Assembly: GCA_033442325.1 (NCBI GenBank)
Contig: JAWQFM010000019.1
Location: 343,099-407,098 of the forward strand
Length of the DNA: 64,000 nt
Origin: Salpingoeca rosetta
Taxonomy: Eukaryota > Protista > Choanoflagellata
Direction: 5' to 3'
In this document: one piece after another, positions 16,777 to 35,393 of the stretch
How positions within the stretch are numbered: the first letter of the stretch is position 1
Layout of the letters: each line of letters begins with the position of its first letter
The notes under the pieces: generated by a model
The model's database searches: none
Seen by the model: only the letters and a program-made list of their open reading frames with translations
Told to the model about the DNA's origin: nothing
Translations under genes and position numbers: made by a program

Positions 16777-17825
16777 TGCTTCGTTGTACTTGCTCGAGTG
16801 CTGGTTCGTGTGCGTGTATTCTCATTCACACACTCACACATGCTCACTCGTTTCACCTGCTTCGTTGATGTTCTCGTCCCTCTATCACCCCACGCCCTCC
16901 CTTGCCTGTTCCGTGCGTGCTGCCAGTTTGACACGGCGACGCTCGCTGCCTCCCGCCCATCCTCGTCGCGCCCGCGCACAGCGAAGAGCGAAGAGGCGGC
17001 AGCCGCATCGCACGCATCCTCTCGCAGGGCAAGCAGCGCAAAGCGTGAGTCATGCTGCATGTGGTGGCATTGGTAGTGGCTGTGTTCACGTGGTGGTGGT
17101 GGTGGTGGTAGAAAAGTATTGGTGGTGATGGCGGAGGTATCTTTCGTGGCACCAGCGAGAAGATGCGACGCGTCTTGGCATTTGCTCTGCTGGGCTGTGT
17201 TACCACCGTGATGGGACAAATGTGTTCGTGTACCGCACCAATGACCGGCTCACACCTCGTTTTGTCCTGCGCTGCTTCACGTACAGCCAAGACGTACACG
17301 CTGGCCCTCATCAAACCCACCGCGCTTGCAAACGGCCACGGCGACGCCATCTTTGCAAAGGTGCACCAGCAACGGGCGCGTGTGTGCGTGTGCTTGAGTG
17401 TGCGCGCACCCTGCTGCTGCGTGTGTGCATGCTTCCTCTTTGTGCGCGCGCGTTTGTTGATCTGATGCCATCGCCACCCTTCATCCACTTGCCATCACCT
17501 GCGTTCACATTTCCATCTCCTCCATCCTCTCCCCCGCTCACACCCCTTTCCCTCTCAGATTGCTGAGGCGAACATCAAGGTTGTGCAGCAGGACGAGGTC
17601 ACGCTCACGGAGGAGCAGGCAAAGGCATTTTACGCCGAACACGAGGGTGAGGGACCAGGCGCGGAGAATAACGAATGAGCTTGGGGGGGGGTGGTTGTGT
17701 GGCTTGTGCTGTTGTATGTGTTGTGGCACGATGTGTCTTGGGTGGCAGAGGATGGTGTGTTTCAATTTTGTGCACAACCACGCGCGCACATTTGCATTCA
17801 TATGCACTCACACGCACCACCGCGC

Positions 17826-17904
<79 letters not shown>

Positions 17905-18622
17905 CCGCGCTGGTGCCTGCAGGCAAGGAGTTTTTCGACAACCTCGTGTCGTTCATGACAAGCGGGCCCATCAAGCCGCTGGTGCTCATGTCGCACGGCG
18001 ATGCTGTTGCGGAGTGGCGGCAGCTGATTGGGCCGACCAGCGTCGAGACGGCCAAGGAGGAGGCACCCGACTCCATCCGCGCGCTGTACGGGACAGACAA
18101 CACCGCCAACGCCGCGCACGGCTCAGACTCAAAGCTCTCCGCATACAGGGAGATTGAGTTCTTCTTCCCAGGTGAGGCGTCATGTATGTTTGTGTGTGTG
18201 TGTAAGTGAGTGTGCGCGCGTGCGTGAGCGTGTGTGTTTGTGTGTGTACGTGAGTGTGAGTGTGTGTGTGTGTGTGATTTTATGTGTGAGTGTGTGTGTG
18301 TGTGTGAGTGTGTGTGCGTGCGTCAACGAACGTGCCCGTGTGTTCATACGTCTCTGTGTATCTCGTGTTGGTGTCGTGTGGATGTGATCATGTAAATCGC
18401 CCGCTGCCCTTCCTCCCTTCCTTCTTCTCACTCCGTTCACCACCACAACACCACCACAACACCACCACTCCCCAAATCAACCAACCAAGACTGGGCGATG
18501 GAGAACCTTGTGCCTGATCGCGTTGTGCTGCTTGTTGCGCCGGACGCCGTGGAGCGCAAGGACGACATCATCGCAGACATCACTGGCGCAGGTTTTGCCG
18601 TTGCCGCCGATAAGGAGGTGTG

Positions 18623-18662
<40 letters not shown>

Positions 18663-20180
18663 CGTGTGTGTGTGTGTTTGCGTGATGTGTTTCTTGCGTT
18701 TTCTAGCACTGACTCAACTCTCTTTCTCCTTCTCCCATGCACACACCATCAAACCCTTGTCTCGCCTTATCCGCTGTCCTAAAGCTGACGCTGACGGAGG
18801 AGCAGTGCGTCAACTGCTTTGAAGACTTGAGTGACGAGCTCAAAGAACACCTCACAGGGTGAGTGGTGCTGGTCACATGCGTTGCTCATGCACACGAGGC
18901 ATTCCGGCACGCGTTGTTCGTTGTTGTAGTTGATCCCCACCCTCCATGCCCCCATCCAGCTCTCTTCTCATTGTCCATCGTGCATGCTTCCACCATCACC
19001 TCCCACCCATTGACGATCCCCTCCTTACCATCCACCCTCCCGCCACCATCACCACCTTCCTCACCACCGCCTTCGCCACCACACAGCGCGGCGTCTGTTG
19101 TGCTGTCGCTGACACGGGTGCGTGGGTACGATCTTTTCCCGGCCCTCGTCGGCGTTGGCGACCTCGACGCCCTCAAGCAGGACAACCCAGAATGGTCCGT
19201 GAATGGCTGCGTTTGTGGTGTGGTGTGGTGTGTTGTTGTGTTGTGTTGTGTTATGTGGTGTTGTGGTAGTGTGTGGTGTGGTGGTGTGGTGTACTTTGTG
19301 TTGCGTGGGGACAATACAGGTTGCGAAAGGGAGAATAGCCCACTTTGTGTTCCTCTCTGCACTCTCTCACTCACTCGCTCGCACACACACACACACACAC
19401 ATAACACATTTTGTCCACACGAGCAGCCTGCGTGCCAAGTACGGCACAGACGCGGTGAAGTTTGGCGTGTGGCATCCGTCTGGGGAGGAGGAGAACGACA
19501 AGGTGGCGGCGCTGCTGCTGGACGAACCAGACGAGCTGGAGGTGGTGGACCCGCACCTGCAGGGCGAGCACCCGGAGAAGGCAGAAGGTGGTGAGGAAGG
19601 CGGTGAGGAGGGTGGTGAAGAAGGTGGTGCGGAGGGTGAGAAGGGTGAGGAGGGTGAGGAGGGTGAGGAGGGTGAGAAGAAGGAAGGGGAAGGCGCTGAG
19701 GAAAAAGAGAAGAAGGAAGGCGAACAGCAGAAGGAAGGTGAACAGCAGAAGGAAGGTGAGGGTGAAGCGACAGAAGCACCAAAGGCTGACGGTGCCGAAC
19801 AGACATCTGAAGCCAGTGCTGGCGGAGGCGACGATGACAAGAAGGCGGAAGGGGAGAGCGCAGAGGGTCAGGATGCCGCTGCCGCTGATGGCGATGGTGG
19901 CGATGGTGAGGCCACAACGACGGAGGAGGCGGAGAAGAAGGAAGGTGAAGAGGAGAGCGACAAGCCAGCAGAGGCTGAGGGCGAAAACAAGAAGGACAGC
20001 GAGGAGGAGAAGACAGAGGGCGAGGCAGCCAAGACGGCTGACGACGCCGATGGCGCTGATGCTGATGCAACAGCGACAGCAGAAGCGTCAGAGGGCGCAG
20101 ACGCAGACAAGCCCGCCGAGAAAGAGGCAAAGCAAGGAGTGGAAGGTGTCACAAACGACGACTCAACCACAGACAACTAA
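15407..20180 (+). CDS. NME8: Thioredoxin + nucleoside diphosphate kinase fusion (NME8/TXNDC3, outer dynein arm IC1-like) with acidic tail
   Basis: MAAKKKQIL...[13 protein letters not shown] (thioredoxin). NDK1: [48 protein letters not shown]...REIEFFFP. A degenerate NDK2 ([10 protein letters not shown]...[16 protein letters not shown]) and a ~200 aa Glu/Gly/Ala-rich C-terminus follow. Confidence 0.9.
17827..17904. repeat. (CAA)n microsatellite, intronic
   Basis: Perfect CAA run just upstream of the acceptor at ~17922. Confidence 0.97.
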
Positions 20181-20187
20181 CAACACC

Positions 20188-20271
<84 letters not shown>

Positions 20272-20745
20272 CGTAAGCATTGTTCTGTCCACGACAGCTG
20301 CTGTGTTCTGTTTCACGTCCATTCTGCGCGCACATGTCGTGTTCTCCCGCTCAAAACACACCAACAGAGTAAACGGTTGCTGTTTTCAAAGCCACATGAA
20401 CCACCACCCCACTACGGTTGAGCACTCATTCCAGCAAGATCATTGAGGGCGAGTTTGGTTTCTCTATTGGCAAACAAAACAGATCAAGCAAGAGGAAAGA
20501 AGAAGGGAAGGGTAAAAGGCAAACAAGAAGAGAAGAAGAAGAAGGGAGCAAGTGCTGAATTGTGACCACATATTCACACGGGCACACAGACAGCAACAAA
20601 AGTGGGAGAAAGAGATAAGGGGGGGGGGGAAGACGACGGCGATGAAACCACTGGAGAAGCGTGACATCAAAGCAGCGGTTGGATTAGAGGCTGATCATCA
20701 TAACAGGTGGGCGAACGCTTCCTGATGCGAGCTCGAGGGCAAGCT

Positions 20746-23049
20746 TTAGAGGGTGATGTAGTGCCACTTGTTGACGCTGGGGTCAATGGGGGCATCTGGT
20801 GCAGCCTCCGGGGCGGCGGCAACCGTTGCCTTGGCGTCCTCCTGGGAGATGGGGGCGGCGCCAACCATGGTGCCGCTGGGGGCAATCTTCGGGTGCACAA
20901 CCTCGCCGCTGTTGAGCTTCTGCCACTGGGCCCGCGCCTCCCTGATGATGCTCAGGGCAAAGTTCTTGTCCTTGGCCTGGCCCTCAAAGGCAAACCGGTT
21001 CTCGGGCTTGCCGGCGGGGATCTTGTAGATGCGGAACCACTCGACAGTCGCCTATGTGTGTGCGTGCGTGTGTGCGTGCGTGTGTGTGGTGAGGCAATGG
21101 TCGGAAGTGCGACAAAAACGAAATCTTGAATGAGAGAAAGGAAGGTCAATAAATGTGCGCGAGGGCGTTGTTCGGTGTGGTCGGATCAGGGGCCTAAGTG
21201 ACATCAATGAAGGACAACTTTGGTTTCCAAAGCGCCTTTGATTCAGACTAGAGGTGTCAAATAAAAGTTCTCATCATATCCCACCATCAACAACTTCAAC
21301 AACAACAACAAGCAAGTGGACAATACAGTCTACAAAGAGAGTCAAAACAATGTCTTCACGCATGGAACTCACCGAAAGGTAGCCGCGCATGACCTTCTCA
21401 ATGTCACCGACATCTGTCAGTCACCAAGCACAACGTGGCATGGACAAGCAGACGGAAAAGGGTGAACCCACCAACGAATTCGGGAAGCAAACCGAAACGG
21501 AGGAGGACATGTTGCGACCAAATGAGAAGCAATGAGGGAGAGGAGGGGGGAAGCAGCGTACCGTTGAGCGATTCGGCGCGGGGGTCGTTGACGTCAATGC
21601 CGAGGAGCTTCCAGTCCGTCTCGCCGTCATCAATCATGGCAAGGACACCGAGGATCTTCACCTGCTTGATCTCGCCAACCTCAGCAATCTGTGTGCGCAT
21701 GCAAATTCAGGTGCAGAACGAACAAAGACAAAACAAACACTCAGTGAGCTTGGCGTGGGTATGGTGTGCGTCGCAGTTCGTTGTTGTTGGTGTTGTTGTG
21801 CCAAGTCGAACGTTCAGTTCTCTGAAGACACAAGACAAAACGAACACGCGGCCATGTTCTCAACAACAGCAACACCACACCACACACAAACACATGCACG
21901 AACATGTGGGCATGTCCAACGTACGCTGTCAGAGAGATCGCAGATGTCGATGGGGTCATTGTCGCCGTTCTCGCCTGTGTGATCGTCCTTGGCGTCGGGG
22001 TTCTCCCATGTCTGTTCAGGAGAGGGTGTGTGGACACGTTATGATGGTGGTGTTGGTGAGAGAGGGGGGGGGAGGGGAGGAAGGACAAGCCAGCCAGAAA
22101 GAGCACACAATGGTGTCATGTGTGTCCGTCGCACGCAGCTTCACACATGCGTGTAAGCAAGAAAGTGAAGCGAGTGAAGAACAAAACAAAAAGAGCATGC
22201 AGGATATGGTGTCGCTATTACCTGAGGGACGGCGCCGTAGTTCCAGATGTAGCCGTGGTGGGGGAAGCAGTTGTGGACGAAGCGGGGCTGTGCAAGGGAA
22301 CAGGAAACAGGCATACAAGAGAGAGTGTGTGCGCGTGTGTGAGTGTGTGTGTATGTGTGTGTGTGTGAGTGTGTGCTGTGATGAGTGTGCAAACGGCTCT
22401 CTCACACACACTCTCTCTCACTCATGATTGAGCACGCCTGCCTGCATGCAGCTGCGAATTCATCTTCCTCACCCACGGTCACCAACACACCTTGCCCTTC
22501 TTGACGTCCTGTGTGATGGGGTTGAGAGGAGCACCAGTGTTGATCTGGCAAACAAACAAAAGAAAAAGAAAAAAAGCCGGCAGGTCGTGATGAGCTAACT
22601 TGAGCGACAAGCACAAGAGCTGGGGAGGCGCATTTGAAGGAGCCGTGGTGCACCACGGCAGTGTGCGCCAAAATAAGCAAAGTCATGGGCGTGTGTGCCG
22701 ACTTTACGCGGGGCACGCGCTTCTCTCAGTTCTCACCTCCATCTTGGCGTTGGACCACCGGGGGACCTCGCAGACCATGTTGACAATGCCGTTGGCCTCA
22801 TCAGCCCAGGTGGGGATGTCGTGGAATGGAGAGACGTAGTTGCCCTCGGCATCCTCTGCACAGATTCAACAAGAAAGGCAAGAGAAGAGAGCGAGTGGGA
22901 GTGTGAGTGAGTGTGTGGGTGAGTGAGTGAGACGTTGTTTGAGTTGTGTAGTCTGAAGAAAAGTACAACCAAGGCGTGTTGAACGCACTGAAGTAGACGG
23001 CGTAGTCCGTGGTGTACTTGGCACCACGCTGCTCCGTTGTCAGGCTCAT
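20746..23049 (-). CDS. PPA: Soluble inorganic pyrophosphatase (family I, eukaryotic)
   Basis: [53 protein letters not shown]|[49 protein letters not shown], ending KWHYITL*. Confidence 0.96.
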
Positions 23050-23424
23050 CGTGTGTGTGTGCGTGTGTGTGCGTAGGGGGAGGGGAAGAGGTGGTGCGTT
23101 GGAGTGTGTTGGTGCGGGGGATGAATGGTGAGCTGTGTGAAGGCAAAAAGAGGGCGGCAGGCGATGGTTGTAGATTGAGAATGCATATCCACCATTAATT
23201 GCCACGTGGTTGCTGCGAGTGCGCACACAACATACCCAGAAAAGGCAAACTTGCCTTTTGCTGCGCCGCTCAAAGTCAGGTTTGCTTTGCAGCAACGCAT
23301 TGCGCGAAGAGCAGCGAGCCAGAACAAAAAACAAAGCGTCGCCTTCGTCATTCACTTTGCCTCCTGCTGTCTCGCCTCGCCTTCGTCGCTGCTGCCGCTT
23401 GTTGCTTCCACGACCAGTCTCAGA

Positions 23425-27618
<4,194 letters not shown>

Positions 27619-29350
27619 CTGGCCTTGTTGCTGTTGTTGTTGTTGTTGTTGTTGTTGCTGTGATTGTTGTTGTTGTTGTTGTTGTTGGTCATCACTGTGG
27701 CGTTGCTGTTGCTGTGATTGTGTCGTGCTTTGTGTTGCGTGGTGGTGTGGCGTGGTAGTCTTTCTTTTGCCTTTTGGTCGTTCCTCTGTTTGGATTGGTG
27801 TGTTGATTTGAGGAAAGCGAGAGATCACACGATCACACAATCACACAATGCAAAATTCGTGCACGCGCTCGCACGCTCGCGCGCGCACACACCAACACAC
27901 AACGCACACACACACACACACCACAACACACAACACACACACACACACCAACGCACACACGCACACACACACACCAACACACATAATGTTCCCGCAAACA
28001 AAAACACTACGCCCCACCCAGATTGCATGCATGCATGCTGGGGGCATTCGCCACACTTAACAGTCCATCGGAACAAATCGCACTGCATCGAGGCATCGAT
28101 GTTGAAACCTTGTCCCGCGCGAAAACCACCATCGCATCATCACCCCACACACACCGTGTGCTTCGCCACCACCTCTCAACCCCCCAAATAAACAAAACAA
28201 AACAACACAAAACAACACCACGCACGCCCCTTTCTTCTTCTCTTCTTCGTTTCCCCTCTTCCTTTTTGTTTTCATCTCGCTTCTTGCTACGTTGCCTGTT
28301 GCCCTTCGTTTTGCATGTGCTGCTGCTTGTTGGCCCGCACACACACACACACACCTGCCACGAGACAAGAGACCAACCAACCAACCAACCAACAACCGCA
28401 GAGCAGAAGCAAAAGCAAGCATCACACACCGCCCAATCACACACGCACAGCCAGTAGCTCTCTGTCTGCCTTTCTCTCCCCGCCACGAAGACGACAGAGA
28501 GAGTAAGTCGTGCACCCCTTCCATCCATCCATCGATCACCACCACCATCGCATCACACCACCACCAGCAAAATCATTGCCTCTTTCCTTCTTCTTTCGTT
28601 CTGTGCTTTTTGGTGCCTTTGTGTTGTTGTGTTGTTGTTGTCCCCCCCCCCCACTCTCCCAACACTCTCCCTCTGTGCCTCGCTTATGGTGTGTGAACCT
28701 GGTGGCACCGCGTGCAACCTGACCCATCCTGTTTGTGGCCTGCGAGCCCTTGACCATCTTCCCGCTCTGATCGACAACCAACAACACCACCAACAACAAC
28801 ACCAACAACAACACACCAACAACAACACACATCCACACCCTCAACCAACCACTGTAAATCGCCTTCTCCGCCGCAGGCCCCCTCCTCGTATTGCCCTCGT
28901 CACCCGACGTCATCCAGCCCTTTCGTTTTGCACACTTTAGGCCATCTTCCACGTCCCCACCGCCATCTCTCCCAACGGCGGTGTCCCTCTCCCCTTCATC
29001 ACCTCCTTATTTCTCTGTTCTTTCCTTCTTTGAACCCTTGTTCACCTTCTCATCTCCCCCCCCCCCCAATATCCACCAGCGCCGCCACTCTCGGATGGAT
29101 TGAACATTGACTTGCGCGCGTGTCGTTCGCACAAGTGAGCCGGCCGGCTTCATATCGCCGTGCTCTCCTCACTTCACCCCCTCTTCTTCCTTTTTCCCTG
29201 TTGCACTGCCACAACAGCCTTTTCCTTCTGCAAGAGCAGACACGCGTGTGTTCCATCCAACCAAGCCGCTTTCTCCCTTCTGGCTTCGCCCTCCTTCCGT
29301 TTCATCCCATCCCCCCCCCCTAAACACACACAGCCCTCCTCGCCCTTGCT

Positions 29351-31141
29351 ATGACGGTGACGCACACTGGCAACACAGAGGACGAGAAGCTGCTCCCGAC
29401 CAGTGCGCGGCTTCACCAAGGCCTCATGTCATCTCCACAGAAACCCACGCCTCCGCCGGCATCCCAATCACACCACCACCATCATCATCAACTGCACAGG
29501 CGCGGCAGCAGTGCAGGCGCCCACAGGGGAAGCGACACTGCGCTCGCCTCAACCCCGGTTGCAGACCAGCAGCCGCGCAGCCTGACAAACCCGCCAACAG
29601 CCACCTCCTCAACCACCACATCCACCGCGTCCATGTCTGTCACGCCGGCCCGCGGCAACAGCGTCAACTCGCTGCTGCCCTCCAAACCGCCCAGCGCCCG
29701 CTCGGGCTCCTTCCGCCGCCGCCCGCGCCTCTCATCCAAAACATCGCCCGACCACACCGCCAACACCACCGCCAGCAGCAGCCCCTCCGCCATGTCCGCA
29801 CAGCGCCAGCCGCAGCCGCCAATCAGCTTCACCCTCGGCGGCGGCGACGACGAAGACGACGACAGCGGCGATGACAACGACAACAACGGCGACGCCTTCG
29901 ACTACAGCCCCTCCCGCTCCCCCATCCCGCCAGATGGCGCCCCACCAAACACCACGGCGCTGCGCATGCACGGAACGCAGTCGCCTTCGCCACGCGCGCG
30001 TGTCGGCAGCATGGGCGGTCGCCGGCGCATCCCGTCCACATCAGGCAGCAGCAACGTCTTCCTCTTGTCAGACAGCAGCGCCGCCAACGGCACCGGCAAT
30101 GGCACGCGGCGAGACAGCTCCACAGACCCGCACATGCGCGCACGGGCGAGGAGTGCTCGTGCGCGGTCCTTGTCCAACGCAACAAACGCACGTGCGCAAC
30201 CAAACAGCAGCAGCAGACGCAGCTACGATATGGGCAGCGACCGCAACGCTGCCACCACCGCCCACGCAAACGGTTCCAGCAACGGCAACCACGTTGGCGC
30301 GAACACGAAAGGGGCGGCTGCTGATGAGCTGTCTGATGGGTCGCTCGTGTTTGGATTCGGCACGCTGCTGGACAGGCAGTCCCGTGATGGCGGTGACGAT
30401 GACTATGACGATGAGATTGGCTTGTTCAGTTCGTCGCCAGTTCCCGGGCAGACAGGCACCAATGACAACAGCAGCAGCAGCAACACTGACACCCTCACCA
30501 CCACCAACGGCATCAACGGCAACGCTGCCAACACAAACAACAACGCTGAGGACGACGATGATCCGATTATGAAGCGGCTGCACACGGATGACCCTGACCC
30601 GACCATTGCGCCCGTGCCCAAGAAACCCATTGACCTGCATGCTTCTCTCCCCGACTATGAGCTCAAGAAGACGCTTGGCGAGGGCGCCTTTGCCAAAGTC
30701 AAGCAGGCCGTGCACAGAATATCAGGTCCGTTGCTTTGGTCCTTGATTTCCATTGCGGTTGTGGTGGTTGTGGTGGTGATTGTAGTTGTAACCTGTGGCT
30801 GTGGTTGTGGCGGTGGTTGTAGTTGTGGTTGTGGCTGTGATTGTGGTTGTTTTGGACTTGTATGCTGTACAGTTTTATGTTGCGTGGCCTTGTTTTGAGG
30901 TCTTCGCCGTTCCCTGCTCGTCTCTCACCACCGCTCACCCCTCCCTCTCTTTCCATTGCTCCGTCTCTCGCATATCTGGGTGGCCAGGCATCTCCGTTGC
31001 GATCAAGATCATCTTCAAGGACAACATCACGGCAGACTATGTGCGCGACAACCTCCACCGCGAGGGCGCCCTTATGCGCCAGCTCCACCACCCGCACATC
31101 ATCAAACTCTACGAAATCATCGAGACTGGTGCGTGCCGCTC

Positions 31142-31178
<37 letters not shown>

Positions 31179-33169
31179 AGGTGTGGTATGCTCTGTGTGT
31201 GTGTGTGTGTGATATGCTGCGTGTGTGGGGATGTGTGCTATGCTGTGTGTGTATGAGTTGCACACACGCATGTTGTATCAAACGCCAACACTCCCTCCCT
31301 CCCTCCTCACTCACCATTTCTACCACTACCAATACGACTGTTGCCTACCTATCCACCCGCCAAACACGACCTCCCCCCCCCCCTCTTTCATAACTGCCTG
31401 CAGAGGACCTGTACTGCCTGGTGATGGAGCTTGCGACCGGGGGCGAGGTGCTCGACTACATTGTGGCCCACGGATCCCTCAGCGAGAAGGAGGTGCGTCG
31501 TGGCAGATTGTCTTGCCACTGGCGCACTGAGTCGGTAGTGCTGGGAGTGTGGGCATGGCAGTCAGAAGTTCTGCTGAGGGGGCTGCTTCCAACCCCCCCT
31601 GGCTGTACATGTGCTGGTGATGTTGCTGGTCGTGGCAGTCTGTCGCACCGCAGCATCCCTTTGCATCCATGTCCATGTTTTGGGTGCTGCTGCTCACTTG
31701 TCCGCCACACACTCTTGTTTCTCTTGCCCGTTTGTTCCCTCCAATCATTGTCGTTCCTGTGCTTTTCTCCTCTTGTTCTTCGTCTTCTGCTTCCTCTCCC
31801 GCTCTCTCCCTCTTACTCTTCCTCTCGCTCTCCCTCTTCATCTTCCTCTTCCTCCTCCCTACAAAACAAACACACACATTCGCGTGACTACAGGTGCGCA
31901 AGTACTGTCGGCAGATGGTGCAGGCCATCGACCACCTGCACAAGGCCGACATTGTCCACCGTGACCTCAAGACTGAGAACCTCCTCCTCGACCACAACCT
32001 CAATCTCAAGCTCGTTGACTTTGGTCTCAGCAACTCCATTCGCGACAAGACCACGCTGGAGACCATGTGCGGCTCCCCGGCGTACACCGCGCCTGAACTC
32101 CTGGGCGGCAAGCAATACGGCAAACCCGTCGACATCTGGAGCATGTCAGTTACAGCGCAGCGTTTCTACAGTGTTTGTGTTTGTGGCGGGTGGGTGTGGC
32201 TGCTGCTGTTGTTGCTGTTGTCGTGGGTGTGTTTGGTTGCAATTTTGTGTCTGCTCCCCCCCCCCACACACACACACACAAAACCAAAACCAAAATCAAT
32301 CCTCACTCACCCTCACGCCATGCGCCTGCTTCCACTTGCATCGACCAAACAGCGGGGTGAACATGTATGCGATGCTGACGGGCAAGCTTCCCTTCTCAAG
32401 CCACAACGTGACCACCCTCCACGCCATGATCCTCGACCAGCAGTACACCATCCCAGACAAGATCTCAGAAGGTGCGTCTGGGCTACAATTGCTTGGGTGG
32501 TCGTACGTGTTTGTCCTGTGTCTGCGTGCACGCATGCATTGCAGACTGGGTTCATTTCAGTTTTGCTTTCTCTTCCCATGATTCACATTCCTCAACACAC
32601 GTGTTTCAACGCACTCACACTCACTCGATGGCACCCCATCCCGTCCACCACTGCAGAGTGCAAAGACCTGTTGTGCAAGCTGCTTGTGGCCAAGCCCAAG
32701 GACAGAATCTCCATGGACGATCTCCGTAACCACCCCTGGCTCGCTCAAGGTGCGGCGCAAGCAAGTCCTTTGACTTCACGCGTCTGCTCTTGTCGCCGTG
32801 TTGCGCATGCACATGTGCAAATGTGTGGGAGACAGCGCGTTTGCGTGATCACAATCACACCATCATAGCTTTTCCCCTGACCTCCCCCCCCCCTTTTTTT
32901 TTCATCATCCCATTCATTACCATCTCATCACCATCTCATCGTCACCACCACTTGGTTCTTCCAACCGCTTCACTGCAGGCGACGGTCCCATTGCCGCCGA
33001 CCCCGGCCCCAACGGCAGGAAACTGAACATCAACAACGAAATTGTCGACTACATGGTCACGGTACGCTCACATGTCGTGCACACATGGCATCCCTCACAT
33101 GTGTGCGCGTGTGTATACAGCACGTGTTATCTGTTGCATTGCCTCGTGCACTGCCCACGCCATGCGCTT

Positions 33170-33231
<62 letters not shown>

Positions 33232-35051
33232 GCACGCACGCATGCACGCACACACGCACGCACGCACACATACACACGCACATTGCTAACTCCGTTTTCC
33301 CACTCCCACTCCCCTTCTATCCCCCTCCCCCTCCCCCCCAACTCCAATTGGAACCACTACAGCTTGGCCACGACCGGGAGGAGGTGCTCGAGTCGATTGA
33401 GGGCCAGTGCTGCAACCCGCCGTACGCGTGCTACCACCTGCTCGCCGTGCGGCTGGAGCGGACTGGGCACCTCAAGCCCCGCGGATCCTCTGCCAGCGCC
33501 GGCAGCCGGAAGGGCAGCGGCCGCCTCACCCGCGCCATGACAGAGGTCAACCTCTCCACCCTCAACACAGCGGCGGCACCACCGTCGTCTTCAACGTCAT
33601 CGTCGCGTCACGGCCGCCAGCAGAGCACGCATGGCAACGGACCCAATGCTGCCAACGCAAACGCGAGCGCAACAGCAGGCGCTGCAGGGCGGTTTGCAGG
33701 GACGGGCCGACGGCAATCGCTCTCTGGTCTGCGCCCGCCGCGTCCAAAGCACTCGCGCACACGCGGGGCGCGCTCACCCGTCGCCCCAACCCGCGATGAC
33801 AAGACAGGCAGCCCCGTGCCCGCCACGGGTACCGCCACCACGACTGTCAACGGCAGCAGCGGTAATGGCAGCGGCGTGCCACAGGTCATCACAACTGCGC
33901 CGCCACCAGCCGTGGGCAACTCACCCATGTCGCGCACATCGAGCAACGGCACGCTGTCCTCTGGTGGCGCCTCGTGCACGACAACCCCGCAGCGGTCCTT
34001 CCATCGGTCACGGAGCTCCACAGACACGGTGAGCCGGCGCCGCCACTCCATGCGCAAGGCGTCAACGGACCAGCCGCCCGTGTTGGAGGAGGTGGACGTG
34101 GAGCCCGCGGATGACGTGGCGCTGGTCGAAGAGGCGACACGCACACACGGACGGCGCCGCACGCTGTCGTCGCGGATGCTGAGCAGGAACTCACTCAACT
34201 TGGATGACACACTGCACGCAAACGACACGTGCACCCCCGCCCGACAGCACGCTGCAGGTGCCGATGTGCCGACGCGTGCAGTGCAACAGCAACAGCAACA
34301 GCAGCAATCGCAGCAAGGGCGCGCGAACGCTGGGCGGCGCGCAACGCTGCATGCGACCAACAGAGCAGCGGTGCTCAAGTCTCTGCGACGCACCCAAGAT
34401 GAAGGCCAGCAGTCTGCTAGCACCGCCACCAACGGGAACATCCACGGCAACGGGCACATGACCGCAACAAAGACGGAAGAGATTGATCTGACTGCGGCGA
34501 TGTCGACGACGCGCCGCCGCTCAAGCGTTTCGCGCCGGTCCTTGCGTGGGTCGCATGCAAGCAGCACACAGGGTAGCACACAGGGCAGCGCCAAAGACCT
34601 CCTGCCCGACATCCACAAGGGCGTGCACCCGTCGCATAGCAGGCCCTCCTCCTCCACACACACGCGCGTGCGTTCCGGCAGCACGCGGCGGCGATCTGGG
34701 GAGCGGCAGGCATCGACCTCGTCGCTCGCACCGCCATCATCCCGAGAGCCGGACCCGAGCAACATCCAGACGATTCGCTATCCCCTCAACAGACGCATGG
34801 TTTCCGCCCGCTCGCCGCTGGAGATCTTCGAGCAGCTGCAGCGCGCCCTGCGTGCACTCGACATGCCCTTCTGGGCGAGCTCTGGCACGGACATGGGTGT
34901 GGTGTGCCGCAGCGGTGGTGTGCGGCTGGAGGCAGAGGTGGTGAAGATTGCTGGCCTGAGCATGCATGGCGTGCACATGCAGCGCCAGCGTGGTGACCTC
35001 GAGACATATGCAGAGATCTGCACCAGAATCCTTGACGAAATGAACCTCTAA
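29351..35051 (+). CDS. AMPK-related (CAMK group) Ser/Thr kinase, HUNK-like catalytic domain, UBA-like segment and C-terminal KA1-like domain
   Basis: LGEGAFAKVK, VAIK, NLHREG, HRDLKTENLLLD, DFGLSN, LETMCGSPAYTAPE, IGVNMYAMLTGKLPF. Long disordered N-terminal and linker regions. C-terminus IRYPLNRRMVSARSP...VRLEAEVVKIAGLSMHGVHMQRQRGDLETYAEICTRILDEMNL* is KA1-like. Confidence 0.92.
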
Positions 35052-35393
35052 CTGACAACGTCGTGGTGTGCATGTTCGTGTCTTTCTTGTGGGATTGTGT
35101 GCGTGCGTGCATGTCTCGTACGTCTGTGTTGATGTGTATGTTTGGGTGTTTGTATCTGCATGTTGATTGTGTGGGTGCGTGTGAATGCGTTTAACCTCCC
35201 GTCGTTGGGTTGGCCGGTGTGCAATGGACCATCCACCACAGGTGCGCGAGTCATGATGGTGGTGTTGATGGCATGTCACCGATGTTTTGGCTCATACCAC
35301 TCCTGCTTCTTTGGTTCTGTTCGTTGTAAGCTTCCTTTTGTTGACATAGCTTTCATTTTTTTGATTCCTTCTTTATTTGATTTACGTCAAGGT

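Noticed and set aside
27619-29350. Hidden gene or ncRNA in the long intergenic region before the kinase
   Set aside because: Only low-complexity repeats and pyrimidine tracts; no convincing exon chain or RNA structure. Probably UTR and promoter.
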